Positions 18,779 through 30,009 of a stretch of 60,868 nucleotides of DNA are shown one piece after another. Each line of letters starts with the position of its first letter. Positions within the stretch are counted from its first letter, which is position 1. The notes under the pieces are model-generated. The model was given only the letters and a program-made list of their open reading frames with translations. It made no database searches and was not told the origin of the DNA. Source of the DNA: a virus (Duplodnaviria; Caudoviricetes); the IMG/VR virus record IMGVR_UViG_3300037584_005633, positions 1 through 60,868 of that record; one strand, given 5' to 3'. The translations under genes were made by a program, and so were the position numbers.

Positions 18779-19729
18779 ATGGATCCATTTACTATAGCAT
18801 TAGCAACCTTTGGCATACAAAAGCTAAGAGGTAAATCAACAAAACGATCACTAAGAGATGCAGCAATAGCAGGCGGTCTTGGTCAATTAGGAGGCATGGC
18901 TGGTATTGGTCCTTTTCAAGCTTTTGGTAGATCAAGTGCAATGCCTGCAATGTTTCAAGGTGGTAATTTTATAGGACAACCCTCAGCAGCACAGATAGCA
19001 AAATTAGGGACTGACGAACTTACTATAGGAGAACAACTTGCATCAACGCCTACGGGAAGTGGTTTGTCTAGAATACTTGGTAAGAAAGATTTAACAAACA
19101 AAATAACAGGTGAGGTCACAAGAGAGGGTTCTGGATTTTTAGGTTTATCTCCAGGTATGCAATTAGGTATAGGTGCAGCAGGATTAACAGCTCTTGGAGG
19201 TGAGGATGAACAACCTGAAATGCCTGAAGGTACTAGACCAGAAGATTATGAAGAGGCAAAAAAGAAAGCAGATGAACAGCTTGAAGGAATTCTAAATACA
19301 TATCAATATGACACTGCAGATGCAGGAAGTAACATGAGTCCTTACAACTATAATAATAATCCTTTATACACTTTTCACAAAGGTGGTATCGCAGAGGTAA
19401 GAAAATTTAATCAAGGTGGTATAAATTATTTACCATCAAAAACTGATCATAATGAAAAAGATATAAACAATTATGTAAGGGCTACAGGATATGTAGAAGA
19501 TGGTTCAGGTAATGGAGACAAAGACGAGGACACAATGTTAGCTCAATTAGCTGATGGTGAATTTGTTTCAAGAGCCGATGCAATATTGGGGGCAGGTATA
19601 ATGGAAGGTGCTAACCCAACAAGTTATAAAGACATGAGAAAAAAAGGAGCGGCTTTCTTTTATGGACAGCAAGCAAAGTTTAAACGAATATTCGATTTAC
19701 TAGATGCAGCCAGAAAAGAAAAAAATTAA
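18779..19729 (+). CDS. internal virion / ejection protein
   Basis: G/A-rich N-terminus; GSG...D.MLAQLADGEFV motif; position. Confidence 0.65.
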   Translation: MDPFTIALATFGIQKLRGKSTKRSLRDAAIAGGLGQLGGMAGIGPFQAFGRSSAMPAMFQGGNFIGQPSAAQIAKLGTDELTIGEQLASTPTGSGLSRILGKKDLTNKITGEVTREGSGFLGLSPGMQLGIGAAGLTALGGEDEQPEMPEGTRPEDYEEAKKKADEQLEGILNTYQYDTADAGSNMSPYNYNNNPLYTFHKGGIAEVRKFNQGGINYLPSKTDHNEKDINNYVRATGYVEDGSGNGDKDEDTMLAQLADGEFVSRADAILGAGIMEGANPTSYKDMRKKGAAFFYGQQAKFKRIFDLLDAARKEKN

Positions 19730-20165
19730 AAAAGAGGTCGTTGTATTATACATCGAACCTAAAAAACTTGACGAATATTGGCCACTCGTTGAGTTCATGT
19801 TGAGAGAGGGTCTTAAATATGATGGTAACCCCATGAATATTGAAGATCTTCGTGAAGAGATTGAAAACGGATCCTTTCAATTGTTTACAATGTTTGGATC
19901 TGATGACGGAATAAAGTACAAAGTATTTGGTGTCTTTGTTACAAGAGTTATGGAGTTACCAAACTTTAAACAATGTGAAGTCATATTATTAAAAGGAGAA
20001 AAAAGAGAGCTATGGCAAGACGAGGTAGCAGAAACAATAGAGCATGTTGCATATCAAAACGATTGCAAACGAATAGCAGTGCATGCAAGACCTGGTTGGC
20101 AAAAGTTCTTAGAAGGTAAACAATGGAAAGTAAAACGTTATTTATATACAAAGGAGTTAAGTTAA
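19704..20165 (+). CDS. GNAT-like protein of ejection module
   Basis: C.RI...RPGW motif; typical position. Confidence 0.6.
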   Translation: MQPEKKKIKKEVVVLYIEPKKLDEYWPLVEFMLREGLKYDGNPMNIEDLREEIENGSFQLFTMFGSDDGIKYKVFGVFVTRVMELPNFKQCEVILLKGEKRELWQDEVAETIEHVAYQNDCKRIAVHARPGWQKFLEGKQWKVKRYLYTKELS

Positions 20166-20166
20166 T

Positions 20167-21018
20167 ATGAGTTTCATCTTTGGAGGCGGAGGTGGTGGCG
20201 GAGGTGGCTCCACTTCAGGAACACAAGTATCGATAGCTAGAGAAGCACCAGAAGTAGAAAGCCGAAAACTCGCACTCTACGATCAGGCAGCAAAATTAGC
20301 TAAAGATCCTATAACAGGAGGCATTCCTGCTTTTCAAGTTGCAGGTCCTAGTGGATTAGAGCAAGCAGGATTTACTCAAGCAGGTACAACAGGCGTTGGA
20401 GGTGCAACAACTGCAGCAGGTATAGGTTCAGTACTTGGTTCTATGCAAGGTCCTAACATTGCACAATTTTTAAATCCATATCAATCATATGTGACTGATG
20501 AAATTGCTAGACAAGGTCAAATGGCACAAAATCAACTTGCAGCGAATGCGGTGCAAGCAGGAGCATTTGGGGGAGGAAGAGAAGGTATTCAACAAGCTGA
20601 ATTACAAAGAGCAACACAAGCAAACATTGGACAGTCATTAGCTTCAGGATTTCAAAATGCTGCAGGTTTGGCTGCTCAACAGCAAGGTATTCAACAAGCT
20701 GGTGGACAGCTTCTTGGTGCTTTAGGAGGTCAGCAACAAGCGATGCAACAAGCTGACATTGCAAGTTTATTACAAGCAGGTGGAGTTCAAAGACAATTAG
20801 GACAGCAAGCTTTAGATGCACAGAGACAAACTACCTTAGCAAGACAGTATGAACCATATCAAAGATTAGAATTCTTAAAAGGTATTATGACAAATTTACC
20901 GACATCACAATCTGCTGTCACAGCGACCACGGCACCAGGAGCTAACCCTATGGCACAAGCGGTAGGTACGGGTATTAGTGCGTACGCAGCTTATAACATG
21001 GGTCAAAGGAGGTTCTAG
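20167..21018 (+). CDS. DNA pilot / ejection protein
   Basis: Q/G/A-rich; F.NPY..V, GAFGG.R. Confidence 0.7.
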   Translation: MSFIFGGGGGGGGGSTSGTQVSIAREAPEVESRKLALYDQAAKLAKDPITGGIPAFQVAGPSGLEQAGFTQAGTTGVGGATTAAGIGSVLGSMQGPNIAQFLNPYQSYVTDEIARQGQMAQNQLAANAVQAGAFGGGREGIQQAELQRATQANIGQSLASGFQNAAGLAAQQQGIQQAGGQLLGALGGQQQAMQQADIASLLQAGGVQRQLGQQALDAQRQTTLARQYEPYQRLEFLKGIMTNLPTSQSAVTATTAPGANPMAQAVGTGISAYAAYNMGQRRF

Positions 21019-23162
21019 TGCCAGCTTTTATACCGTTGATAGGAATGCTTGGAAATCTAGGTCGTGCAGGACTTGGTGCATATAGAACAATGCGAGCCAT
21101 TAGAGCTGCAAGAGCAGCTAAAGGTATGCCTATGGGTTATCAAAGAATGCTTGGCTCACAAGGTGCAGGTTTAGGTAAAGGAACTTCTGGATCAGGATTA
21201 CAAGGTTTAGTGGCTAGAGGAGCTAAAAAAGCTCCAGGAACTTCTGGATCTTTAGAAGCAGGTACAGGTGTGCTTCTCGGTGGTGAAGGGGTTGGAGATA
21301 TTGTTCAAGGAACTAGAGAAGGCGATGTCGGTCAAACTCTTATGGGAATTGGTAGTCTTGCTTTTGGTGCACCTCTTGTTGGAAAAGGTTTAAGACTTGC
21401 AGGTTCACAAAGAACATTGAAAAGAAAATTTCCTGAAACATCAAAAGCTATGCAAACAACAGGTAAAGAATTTACTAAAAGAGTTCCAGGAGGATTAAAA
21501 GGAACAACAGGTGTTGGTCTTGCAGGTATAGGAGGTGGATTAGTGTTAGGTGATAAACCACCAGCAGTTGCAGAGGAAATAAAAAATAGTGATATGAATA
21601 GAATTATAAGTGACAAGCCTGTAGATCTTGTCATTAGTACAATTGAATCAGATAAGAAAAATCCAGAAATAGATACGACTACACCAGAATATAAAAAGTT
21701 AGCGACAGAGGCTTTGACAAAAGCCTATCAACAACAAGAAATTGAAGGTACAACCTCATCTGCTACAGCAGATAGAATTGCAGATGTTATGACATTTACT
21801 ACACCTGGCGGTACAAAAGTAAATAACACAGCTACGATGCCAAATAACAAAGATCCTGAAGCTAAAGATTTAGATGTTGATGACATAAATGATATTGCAA
21901 ACCGACAAAATGCACAGGGAGAAGGTGGTAAAGCTATAATAGATAATTTATCTGATGGTGCAGGCAGTGAAGAGGCTGCTCAATTCAATAGGTTTTACGA
22001 TAGAATTACAAATTTAACAGGCGGCAATGACCAAACAAATAATTTAATTTTATTTAAATTAGGAACAGGTTTGATGAAAGGCAGAACTTCACAAGGTGGC
22101 TTAAGAGGTTTTGTAGATGTACTTGGTCAAGCTGGATCCGACACAGCAGATCTTGCTATGGCATTGTTTCAAAAAGAAAAAGATAGAAGAAATGATTTAG
22201 CAGTTGCGTATTTAAAAGCAAAAGAAAAGAAAAAAACTGATGCAGCTTTAAAAGTGAAAAGTAGAAAAACAGTTGTAGTACAAGATCCGACATCACCTTT
22301 TGGTGCAAAAAGTGTTGAGGTTGGTGTCGACCAAAATGGTTTTGATGTAATGATTGTAGATGATGGTCAAGGTGGCACTACAGCTGTTCCAATGAAATAC
22401 ACAGAATATACAGAGGTAAATAAATCACCTGCAAGAATTGATAAAAGAAGAAAACAATTAGGAAGTATCAATGCAGGTTATCAAATGACACAAGAAATTT
22501 TAGCCTTACCAGAAGGAACGTTTGGTGCCGGTGGTAAGGTAAGGTTAGGATTTGAAAATTTAGTTGGTTCTCTTGAATCAATTGCAAACACTCTCAATAT
22601 AAGAAATATTGGAAGTTTTGATGAAGAAGTCGATGGTATAATTCTAAATGACTATATTGGAGGAAAAAAAATTGATGAACAGGGTAATGAAGTTGCACTT
22701 ACAGAAAAGGAAAGAGAAGATACAGCAAAACTACAAGCTGAATATAGAAAAGAAATTGGTACATTAAATAAAAATTTTAGACCTGATGATAAAGATTTAG
22801 CAAATATAACAAAAGCAAGATTGATTGAGATACGTATGAAATATATCCTTGCTAACGCCTTAAAAGATGAAGATAGATTGACGAGAGCGGACATTGAAGA
22901 TGCTGCACAAGCAACACAAACATTAGGATTAGGGATGTCGGATAGGGTAGTTAGAGGAGCATATGAAAGATTGGCAGAAAGATTCCAAGCTCAATTTAAA
23001 AGAGTTGGTAGAGATTTTATAGAATTAGGAGGAAGTGTTAATTATCTTAATTCATTTGAAGATATGCCTATCATTCGAGAATATCAAAAAAGTTTACAAA
23101 ACAAAATAATTAAACAAAATATTGCTGCCAACAATACGGCAATCCTTGGTACTATAAAATAA
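21018..23162 (+). CDS. internal virion / ejection protein
   Basis: 714-aa coupled ORF with G-rich hydrophobic segments. Confidence 0.65.
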   Translation: MPAFIPLIGMLGNLGRAGLGAYRTMRAIRAARAAKGMPMGYQRMLGSQGAGLGKGTSGSGLQGLVARGAKKAPGTSGSLEAGTGVLLGGEGVGDIVQGTREGDVGQTLMGIGSLAFGAPLVGKGLRLAGSQRTLKRKFPETSKAMQTTGKEFTKRVPGGLKGTTGVGLAGIGGGLVLGDKPPAVAEEIKNSDMNRIISDKPVDLVISTIESDKKNPEIDTTTPEYKKLATEALTKAYQQQEIEGTTSSATADRIADVMTFTTPGGTKVNNTATMPNNKDPEAKDLDVDDINDIANRQNAQGEGGKAIIDNLSDGAGSEEAAQFNRFYDRITNLTGGNDQTNNLILFKLGTGLMKGRTSQGGLRGFVDVLGQAGSDTADLAMALFQKEKDRRNDLAVAYLKAKEKKKTDAALKVKSRKTVVVQDPTSPFGAKSVEVGVDQNGFDVMIVDDGQGGTTAVPMKYTEYTEVNKSPARIDKRRKQLGSINAGYQMTQEILALPEGTFGAGGKVRLGFENLVGSLESIANTLNIRNIGSFDEEVDGIILNDYIGGKKIDEQGNEVALTEKEREDTAKLQAEYRKEIGTLNKNFRPDDKDLANITKARLIEIRMKYILANALKDEDRLTRADIEDAAQATQTLGLGMSDRVVRGAYERLAERFQAQFKRVGRDFIELGGSVNYLNSFEDMPIIREYQKSLQNKIIKQNIAANNTAILGTIK

Positions 23163-26100
23163 TGGCTACTTTAAAAGAATTACAAACAAGATTAGATAAT
23201 AAAACATTTGATCCATCAACTTTAAATGACGAGCAAAAAATAGCGGTTGATATTGCTTTTGAATCTGGTCAATTAAAAGGATACAATTCTGTGTCTGAAG
23301 TAGAAAGAGAAAGAGATATTGGCGCAAAATTGATTGCAAAAGAAAAAGCTAAAAGAGATAGACCTTTTACCGTTGCTACACAAGGCATGATACCACTTAC
23401 AAAAGAAGGTGTAGAAAGATCTGATTTAGAATTAACAGGTGATGTTGCAGGTGCTGCATACGTGTATACAAAGGACATGCCAAAAATTGTTAACTCAATA
23501 ATAAGAGATCCTTCACAAGGTCTTGGAATAGATAAAATGAAAGCTGTTGAAGGTGATTTTAGGAAGTATGAAAGAGCATTACAAAAATTACCTTTTTTTA
23601 GAGGTATAAAAATTTTAAGAAAAACTGCAAGGGCAGTCGGTAAAGTAGCTGATGGTTTTAGAATGGCAGGTAGTGCACCATCGCAACTTTTAGTTACAGA
23701 AGCAAAAGCACAAGTCGCATCAGCAGCTGGTGCTGGAGCAGGTTCAATTTTATATGATGCTGCAAATGTTGCAACAGATGTTAATGTAGCAACTAATAGT
23801 GATTTATCAGAAATTTCAAATAACGATATAAAGAAACTGCCTTATGGACAACAAGTATTAGTGCATGCTGCAGAAGCATCGCGTAATGCATTTTATTTTA
23901 ACTTAGCGGGAACATCACTTGCACCAATTCTTAACGTTACAATGCGTGGTATGAAAGGATGGCTAGGTCTTGGAAGCCCAGAAACAAAAGCATTAGCAGA
24001 AGCAGCGGAACAAAAGGGTATTAAGTTATCTATTTCAACTTTAGCAGACTCAGGAACATTTGGTGGTAAAATTATTAGAGGGTTTGAAAAAGTTTTTGGT
24101 ATTATACCTTTAGTAAATATTTTTGCTAAAAGACAAAGAAAAGCTGTAGAAGAACAAACCTTTAGAGCAATGTTGGATAATGTAGTTGCAAAGGCTCCAT
24201 TGGAGGCAACAGGAATGTTGAATTTAAAATTTTTACCAACGATGCGAGAAAACTTTCAAAAGTATTTTGATATCATAAACAATCGATATAATTATGTAGA
24301 TACTATTGCTGAGAATTTAGGTAATCCGAAGTTTATACCTATGAAAGGTTTCAAAGAAACTGCAGAAAATATAATTAAAAAAATTGAAGATGGTAGTCTA
24401 GAGCCATTCATGGGTAAACAAACAGATTTACCTTATGGCCAAAGAGTTCCTAAGTATGAAGGTCAGTTTGATAAAGGATCACCTTTTGCAGATTCTTTAT
24501 TTAATTTTGCAAACAAAGGAAGAGCTATAGATGATTTTATTACACCAAAACAATATCAAACATTAATAAAAGATTTAGTCAGAGCGACAGAAGCAAGTAA
24601 ATTTACTGATATGAAAGATTTTTTCTTTGGTTTAAAAGCTTCGGCAGTCAATGATTTCAATAGAGTTGCATCTAAAGATAACATTCAAGCATATTTAAAT
24701 AGTACACCTTTTAAACAAGAGTATGATAGTATTTTACAATCGTCAGGAAGAGAGGCAGCAGATGAGTTCGCTGCTAAGATTACAAAAGGAATGGATGATT
24801 TCGGTAAAGAATTAGAGGGAGCGAATCAATTCTTTTCTACATCTGTTTCAGCTTTCAATAATCCTGTAGCAAGAAAGATAGCTAACTCAACACAAAATGT
24901 ATTTGCTAACAAAGCTGCATTGAATATGGAACCCTTCGGTAGACTTCAACCAGATAGAATGTGGGAAGATACTATTTCAAAAACATTTCAAGACCCAAGT
25001 GCGAGTAGTCTCAAACAACTAAAATTTATTTTAGGAGTAGATAATCCTCAAAGTAAATTAGGTAAAGAAGTTTATAACAGAGCAAGAACAAGATATTTCT
25101 TCGATGCTTTATTTAAATCTTATACAAAACAACCAATGATTAACGAAAAAACTATTGGTGACATTATGGATAAAGCAAGAGACATGGGAATCATTAATTA
25201 CAAAGGTAGAAAAGAAATATTCGATTCAGCAGGCACGACTGCATTAGAGGAGACAACAAGAATAGATCCAATCAAAGCAACAAGATATGGCCTAGGTGTA
25301 ACGGATGTGGCTGACATACAGAAACAAGCAAAGACTGCAGGTGAGTTTGATATATCTTTGTTTAAAAAGAATTTAGGTTTAGATAGACCTGGTATGTCAG
25401 AACAAGCTGCAAAGACTGCAGCGCGTGGTAAGTTTCAAGAAATGTTTGGTGGTGGTAAAGTTGGTAAAGATGCAGCTGACGATCTTTTGAAACTTGTAGA
25501 TATTATGGACGCTGAGTTTGGTAAATATATCTCAGACTCAAATTCATTTGTCATGAGAAGAATTATGCTTGGAGGAGTTGGTCAAACAGCCATTGGTGGT
25601 GCTGCACTTGCAGGCTTAGCACAGGGTGGTGTTGGTGCTGCTTTACCTTTAACACTTTTATTAGCTGGAGGTGGATACTTCTTAGCTAGTCCAAAGTCAC
25701 TTAAGTATATGCTTGATGTATACACAGACATGGAAAGATTAAACAAAGCAGGTAAAACGATGGATGTAAGAAATCCACCTAAGTCAATGGTTCGTCTATT
25801 AAATTGGGCTATGGATGAAGATAAAGACTTTCCTAGAATAGATCCTAAAAATATTGATTTTGAAGAAGTGACACAATATTTACTTAATAAAAATATTTTA
25901 GTTCCTGAGCTTGGTTTTACACCACAAGCAATCGATCCTAAACTTAGGGATCAATTTTATCCTGAATTAAAAGTTATAGATAAATCATCACAAGAAGATT
26001 TAGCTAAAGGTATAAACTATTTAGATGGTTCTAATAAAGGCTCTTCACAAGCTAATACAGTTGTTAATTACAATCCATCAGCTCCTGCATATTCAGAGTT

Positions 26101-26257
26101 TGTTGATCCAAGAAATTTACCGCAAAATACAACACCTGCAGCGCAAGCACCTGCAATACAAGCCCCTGCTTCACAAACTATAACTCCACAGAATTTTAAT
26201 ATGCTGTTTCCTAATGATCCATTAGGTGCAGCAATAGCGACAAGAGGAAATCAATAA
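23162..26257 (+). CDS. large internal virion / ejection protein
   Basis: 1031 aa; last large gene of module; LFPND C-terminal motif. Confidence 0.65.
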   Translation: MATLKELQTRLDNKTFDPSTLNDEQKIAVDIAFESGQLKGYNSVSEVERERDIGAKLIAKEKAKRDRPFTVATQGMIPLTKEGVERSDLELTGDVAGAAYVYTKDMPKIVNSIIRDPSQGLGIDKMKAVEGDFRKYERALQKLPFFRGIKILRKTARAVGKVADGFRMAGSAPSQLLVTEAKAQVASAAGAGAGSILYDAANVATDVNVATNSDLSEISNNDIKKLPYGQQVLVHAAEASRNAFYFNLAGTSLAPILNVTMRGMKGWLGLGSPETKALAEAAEQKGIKLSISTLADSGTFGGKIIRGFEKVFGIIPLVNIFAKRQRKAVEEQTFRAMLDNVVAKAPLEATGMLNLKFLPTMRENFQKYFDIINNRYNYVDTIAENLGNPKFIPMKGFKETAENIIKKIEDGSLEPFMGKQTDLPYGQRVPKYEGQFDKGSPFADSLFNFANKGRAIDDFITPKQYQTLIKDLVRATEASKFTDMKDFFFGLKASAVNDFNRVASKDNIQAYLNSTPFKQEYDSILQSSGREAADEFAAKITKGMDDFGKELEGANQFFSTSVSAFNNPVARKIANSTQNVFANKAALNMEPFGRLQPDRMWEDTISKTFQDPSASSLKQLKFILGVDNPQSKLGKEVYNRARTRYFFDALFKSYTKQPMINEKTIGDIMDKARDMGIINYKGRKEIFDSAGTTALEETTRIDPIKATRYGLGVTDVADIQKQAKTAGEFDISLFKKNLGLDRPGMSEQAAKTAARGKFQEMFGGGKVGKDAADDLLKLVDIMDAEFGKYISDSNSFVMRRIMLGGVGQTAIGGAALAGLAQGGVGAALPLTLLLAGGGYFLASPKSLKYMLDVYTDMERLNKAGKTMDVRNPPKSMVRLLNWAMDEDKDFPRIDPKNIDFEEVTQYLLNKNILVPELGFTPQAIDPKLRDQFYPELKVIDKSSQEDLAKGINYLDGSNKGSSQANTVVNYNPSAPAYSEFVDPRNLPQNTTPAAQAPAIQAPASQTITPQNFNMLFPNDPLGAAIATRGNQ

Positions 26258-26433
26258 TGGCTAAAAAATCAGCATTACAAAAGATAGAACATCATGAAAA
26301 AATTTGCAGATACATGCAAAAACAAACATTTGATAGGATAGATAGAATGGAAGCACGAATCGCTAGAATGGAAAAGTTTATAGTAGGTGGACTGGGTGCA
26401 ATTCTTTTAGCTGTACTTTCTAATCATATGTAG
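26257..26433 (+). CDS. 58-aa coiled-coil plus C-terminal TM peptide (holin/XhlA-like; not in track)
   Basis: HEKIC...RMEKFIVGGLGAILLAVL. Confidence 0.65.
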   Translation: MAKKSALQKIEHHEKICRYMQKQTFDRIDRMEARIARMEKFIVGGLGAILLAVLSNHM

Positions 26434-26445
26434 TATAGATCTCGG

Positions 26446-27168
26446 ATGAAGATAATCCGAGAAGAAAACAAATTCACAATTACAGATTACAAATGGGATA
26501 ACAAATATTCTTATAGTAATTATTTTCGAGACGATGACCACGGACCACGAACCTACAAAGTAGGAGAGAAAAAGGTTCCTTCGGTAACAACAATACTTTC
26601 AGCTACACAAAGCCCAGAAAAGAAAGCAGGTCTTGATGCTTGGAGAGAAAGGGTTGGCCATCAAGAAGCTCAACGAATCATGAACCAAGCAGCCACAAGG
26701 GGTACAGAAATGCACTATGTACTAGAAAACTACATAAACGGCATAGGATACTTCAATTTATCTAAAGATGGTGCTCAGGCCAGGTTAATGGCTCATAGGG
26801 TCATAGAAGACGGCTTAGGCCCATTAAAGACTATATTTGGGAGTGAGGTAAACCTAGCATATGAAGATCAATGGGCAGGATCTACGGATCTAGTAGGTGT
26901 CTTTGATGGTAAACCTACAATAATTGACTTTAAACAATCAAATAAACCCAAGAGAGAAGAGTGGATAGAGGATTATTTTTACCAAATTGCAGCATATAGT
27001 TTAGCACATAAGAAGCAACATGGTGAGATCCTACAAGGATTTATTGCTATTTGTACAAAAGATCTATTGTTTCAAGGTTTTAAAATGGATCAATCTAAAC
27101 TATCAGAATATGAAGATAAATGGTTTAAAAAAGTTGATGAATACTATTCTACTTTAGCCACTGCTTAA
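26446..27168 (+). CDS. PD-(D/E)XK exonuclease
   Basis: PSVTTIL, RGTEMH, AGSTD, IIDFK, QIAAY. Confidence 0.9.
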   Translation: MKIIREENKFTITDYKWDNKYSYSNYFRDDDHGPRTYKVGEKKVPSVTTILSATQSPEKKAGLDAWRERVGHQEAQRIMNQAATRGTEMHYVLENYINGIGYFNLSKDGAQARLMAHRVIEDGLGPLKTIFGSEVNLAYEDQWAGSTDLVGVFDGKPTIIDFKQSNKPKREEWIEDYFYQIAAYSLAHKKQHGEILQGFIAICTKDLLFQGFKMDQSKLSEYEDKWFKKVDEYYSTLATA

Positions 27169-28561
27169 CTTCTTCACCTAAGGTTTCTGCACTTAATTTT
27201 AATTTTTTATCTAGAGCTGAAACTATAAATTCATCAATGGTATTTTCTGTTATAAGATCAATGTAAGTTACATTTTTATCTTGACCAATTCTATGAGCTC
27301 TGTCTTCACTTTGTTCACGTACTTCCAAGTTGTACGAATTACTGAAATAAACCACATAAGAAGCAGCTGTAAGAGTAAGACCATAACCACCGGTGGAAGG
27401 ATTACCAACAAAAAAACGGCAGCTACTATCATTTTGAAAACGGGAGACAGCTTGTTGCCTATCTTCCGTTGAAACTTCCCCAAAAATCGAAACCACAGAG
27501 TCAGCACCATACTTCTCCTTAATTTTTTCAATAATAGTTTTTATGTTTTGTACATAATTAGCCCATATTATAAACTTACCCTCTGTCTCTTCCAATATCT
27601 CCATCAATTCTTTAAGCTTAGGACAATCGTCAAATACTTGAATTGTACCATCATCTGATTTAACAAACCCGTTTGTAACCTGGTGTAATCTTAATATTTC
27701 TGTGAGTTTATTAGCAAAAGTGACTTCATCTTGATTAATGATTGCGTAAGCAAATTTTTTTAATCTGTTATAGATTTCTGCCTGTTTGGCTGTAAGATTT
27801 ATTTTTCTCACAGTGTACAATTTATCAGGTAAATCTAAACAATCTTTTTTCTTAACTCTAAAAGAAAAACCTTTAAGCTTATGAGTAAGCTCATCTAGAT
27901 TTGTATAGTATTTAGGAAATAACATTTGTCTTCCGCCCATCTCAATCTGTTGCATTACTGCATATCTCGCTCTAAATGTAAAAAAAGAATCAAAGCCTAA
28001 AAGTTGTGGACTAAGGAATTCACATTGTGTATATAGATCTAATGGAGATTTTGTTATTGGGCTCCCTGTTAGGATTCTTCGGTAGTCTGCTAGTCTACCT
28101 AATTTACAAATGTTTCGTGTTCGTTTTGCTGATCTGTTTTTTATTGTTGTTGATTCGTCTAGTATCATTAGATGACGACAATCTTTTCTAGATAATAATA
28201 ATTTTAATTTATCTACACCAGACTTATGTGATAATGCTTCAACGTTTATAAGAAACCATTTTAAATGTCTTTCAGGATGTCTTTTATCCCCATAAACTTC
28301 CTTGTCTTTATGAACATGTACAACAGATCCAAAACTATGTTTGTCTATTTCACCAATCCAATTTCTATAAACTGAGTTAGGCGCTATAACAATAGCCCAA
28401 TCAATCCAAAAATTTTTAAACATATAGTTTGCATTGTCAATTGCAACTTTTGTTTTTCCTGTGCCCATCTCCATAAAGTATGCATAGCTTCTTTCTTTTG
28501 CACCTGCAGTTAAAGCATCACGTTGATGTTGGAAAGGTTTAGTTTTATAGTTGTATTTCAT
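27149..28561 (-). CDS. SNF2-family (SF2) helicase
   Basis: MGTGKT, DES, LTGSP, GLTLT, QSEDRAHRIGQ. Confidence 0.92.
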   Translation of the reverse strand: MKYNYKTKPFQHQRDALTAGAKERSYAYFMEMGTGKTKVAIDNANYMFKNFWIDWAIVIAPNSVYRNWIGEIDKHSFGSVVHVHKDKEVYGDKRHPERHLKWFLINVEALSHKSGVDKLKLLLSRKDCRHLMILDESTTIKNRSAKRTRNICKLGRLADYRRILTGSPITKSPLDLYTQCEFLSPQLLGFDSFFTFRARYAVMQQIEMGGRQMLFPKYYTNLDELTHKLKGFSFRVKKKDCLDLPDKLYTVRKINLTAKQAEIYNRLKKFAYAIINQDEVTFANKLTEILRLHQVTNGFVKSDDGTIQVFDDCPKLKELMEILEETEGKFIIWANYVQNIKTIIEKIKEKYGADSVVSIFGEVSTEDRQQAVSRFQNDSSCRFFVGNPSTGGYGLTLTAASYVVYFSNSYNLEVREQSEDRAHRIGQDKNVTYIDLITENTIDEFIVSALDKKLKLSAETLGEEVKQWLK

Positions 28562-28562
28562 T

Positions 28563-28615
28563 TTATCCCATCAATATATTTTTTTCTTGACTTAGTCAAA
28601 TTATTAATTTACACG
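28563..28615. promoter_or_regulatory. divergent promoter region with palindromic -35 boxes and ATGGGAT box
   Basis: TTGACT-T-AGTCAA at 28587-28599; minus-strand TATATT-G-ATGGGAT. Confidence 0.55.
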
Positions 28616-28633
28616 GCAATCAAGGAGGTCGTT

Positions 28634-29179
28634 ATGGACTTAGAAGCACTGTCGAAAAATATAACAATCGACACCACAGCATCTCAAGAGATTGCTGAAC
28701 TTTGCAATAAGTTATTGGACATCCAGAAGGAAGTAACAACGTTAGAAGACCAGCTAAAAAAGAAAAAAGCAGAAGAGTTGAAACTTTCCGAATCGGATAT
28801 TCCAAACTTAATGCAGAAAACAGGTGTAAGTTTACTTAAGCTTACGGATGGTTCATCTGTAGAGATAAAACCATACTATGGCGCAAGGATACCTGCATCG
28901 AGAACTGACGAGGCTTTTGATTGGCTCCGTGATAATAATCATGGGGACTTAATTAAAAATAACGTAACTTTGACTTTTGGTAGAAATCAAGACAATGAAG
29001 CAAAATCAATTGTTGACGATTTAAGAAATAAAGGTCATAATGTTAAGCAAGCCGAAAAGGTAGAACCGATGACTCTTAAAGCTTTCGTAAGAGAGCAGAT
29101 TGAAAAAGGGAAAGACGTTCCTGCCGATTTATTCGGTGTTTATGTAGCAACAAGAACCAAGATCACAACGAAGGAGTGA
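28634..29179 (+). CDS. conserved replication-module protein
   Basis: AAGGAGG RBS before ATG 28634; WLR...GDLIKN, VEPMTLKAFVRE. Confidence 0.8.
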   Translation: MDLEALSKNITIDTTASQEIAELCNKLLDIQKEVTTLEDQLKKKKAEELKLSESDIPNLMQKTGVSLLKLTDGSSVEIKPYYGARIPASRTDEAFDWLRDNNHGDLIKNNVTLTFGRNQDNEAKSIVDDLRNKGHNVKQAEKVEPMTLKAFVREQIEKGKDVPADLFGVYVATRTKITTKE

Positions 29180-29181
29180 CA

Positions 29182-30009
29182 ATGCAACAAGCAAAAGAAG
29201 CTGCCAAGGATGTAGCAGTTAAAAAAGAAGCATCCCTTCCATCTACTCTTAATTTGGAAGAGTCAGCAGGACAAGGACAAGAGTTCGTAACTGCTAGGGA
29301 TACTAAACTCCCTATCTTAAAAATCCTTTATAGCAATTCACCTGTACTTGACGAATCAGACGGTAAGTACATTGAATCTGCTAAACAAGGTGACATTTAC
29401 AATGAAACATCTGGTAACCTTTTCAAAGGTAAAGACGGATTAATTGTTGTGCCATGTTTATATATAAACACTTTCAATGAGTGGAAGGACAGAGGAGATA
29501 GCCCAGGTAGACCTGTGGGTATCCACACTGATCCAGCGATAATGTCTACTACTAATCGTGGGGACGATGGTAAGGACAGATTAGAGAATGGTAACTATGT
29601 AGAAGATACAGGAAATCATTTTGTCTATGTGCTTGATAAAGATTATGCGCCCTTGGAAACGGCACTGATCTCTATGAAATCTACTCAGAAGAAAAAGTCT
29701 AAGACTTGGAATTCTATGATGGCAAGTCGAAGACTTAAAGGGAAGAAGGGTTTCTTTACTCCGCCATCTTGGGCAACTGCCTATAGATTGCGAACCACTA
29801 AAGAAAGTAACTCACAAAACTCTTGGTACGGTTGGGTTGTTGAATTCGATAGGTACCTTGATGATCCAAAATTGTCGTCCACATTAGAAGCGACAAGAGG
29901 GTTTTATGAGACTGCAAAGAAAAGCGATATCTTTGGTAAGGTTAATTTTGGTGAAGAGGAATCTGCATCAGAAGCGAAGCAGATAAAAAATGATAGTACC
30001 CCCTTCTAA
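29182..30009 (+). CDS. putative single-stranded DNA-binding protein
   Basis: Acidic tail ending PF; precedes primase; MKSTQ.K.S..WN. Confidence 0.6.
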   Translation: MQQAKEAAKDVAVKKEASLPSTLNLEESAGQGQEFVTARDTKLPILKILYSNSPVLDESDGKYIESAKQGDIYNETSGNLFKGKDGLIVVPCLYINTFNEWKDRGDSPGRPVGIHTDPAIMSTTNRGDDGKDRLENGNYVEDTGNHFVYVLDKDYAPLETALISMKSTQKKKSKTWNSMMASRRLKGKKGFFTPPSWATAYRLRTTKESNSQNSWYGWVVEFDRYLDDPKLSSTLEATRGFYETAKKSDIFGKVNFGEEESASEAKQIKNDSTPF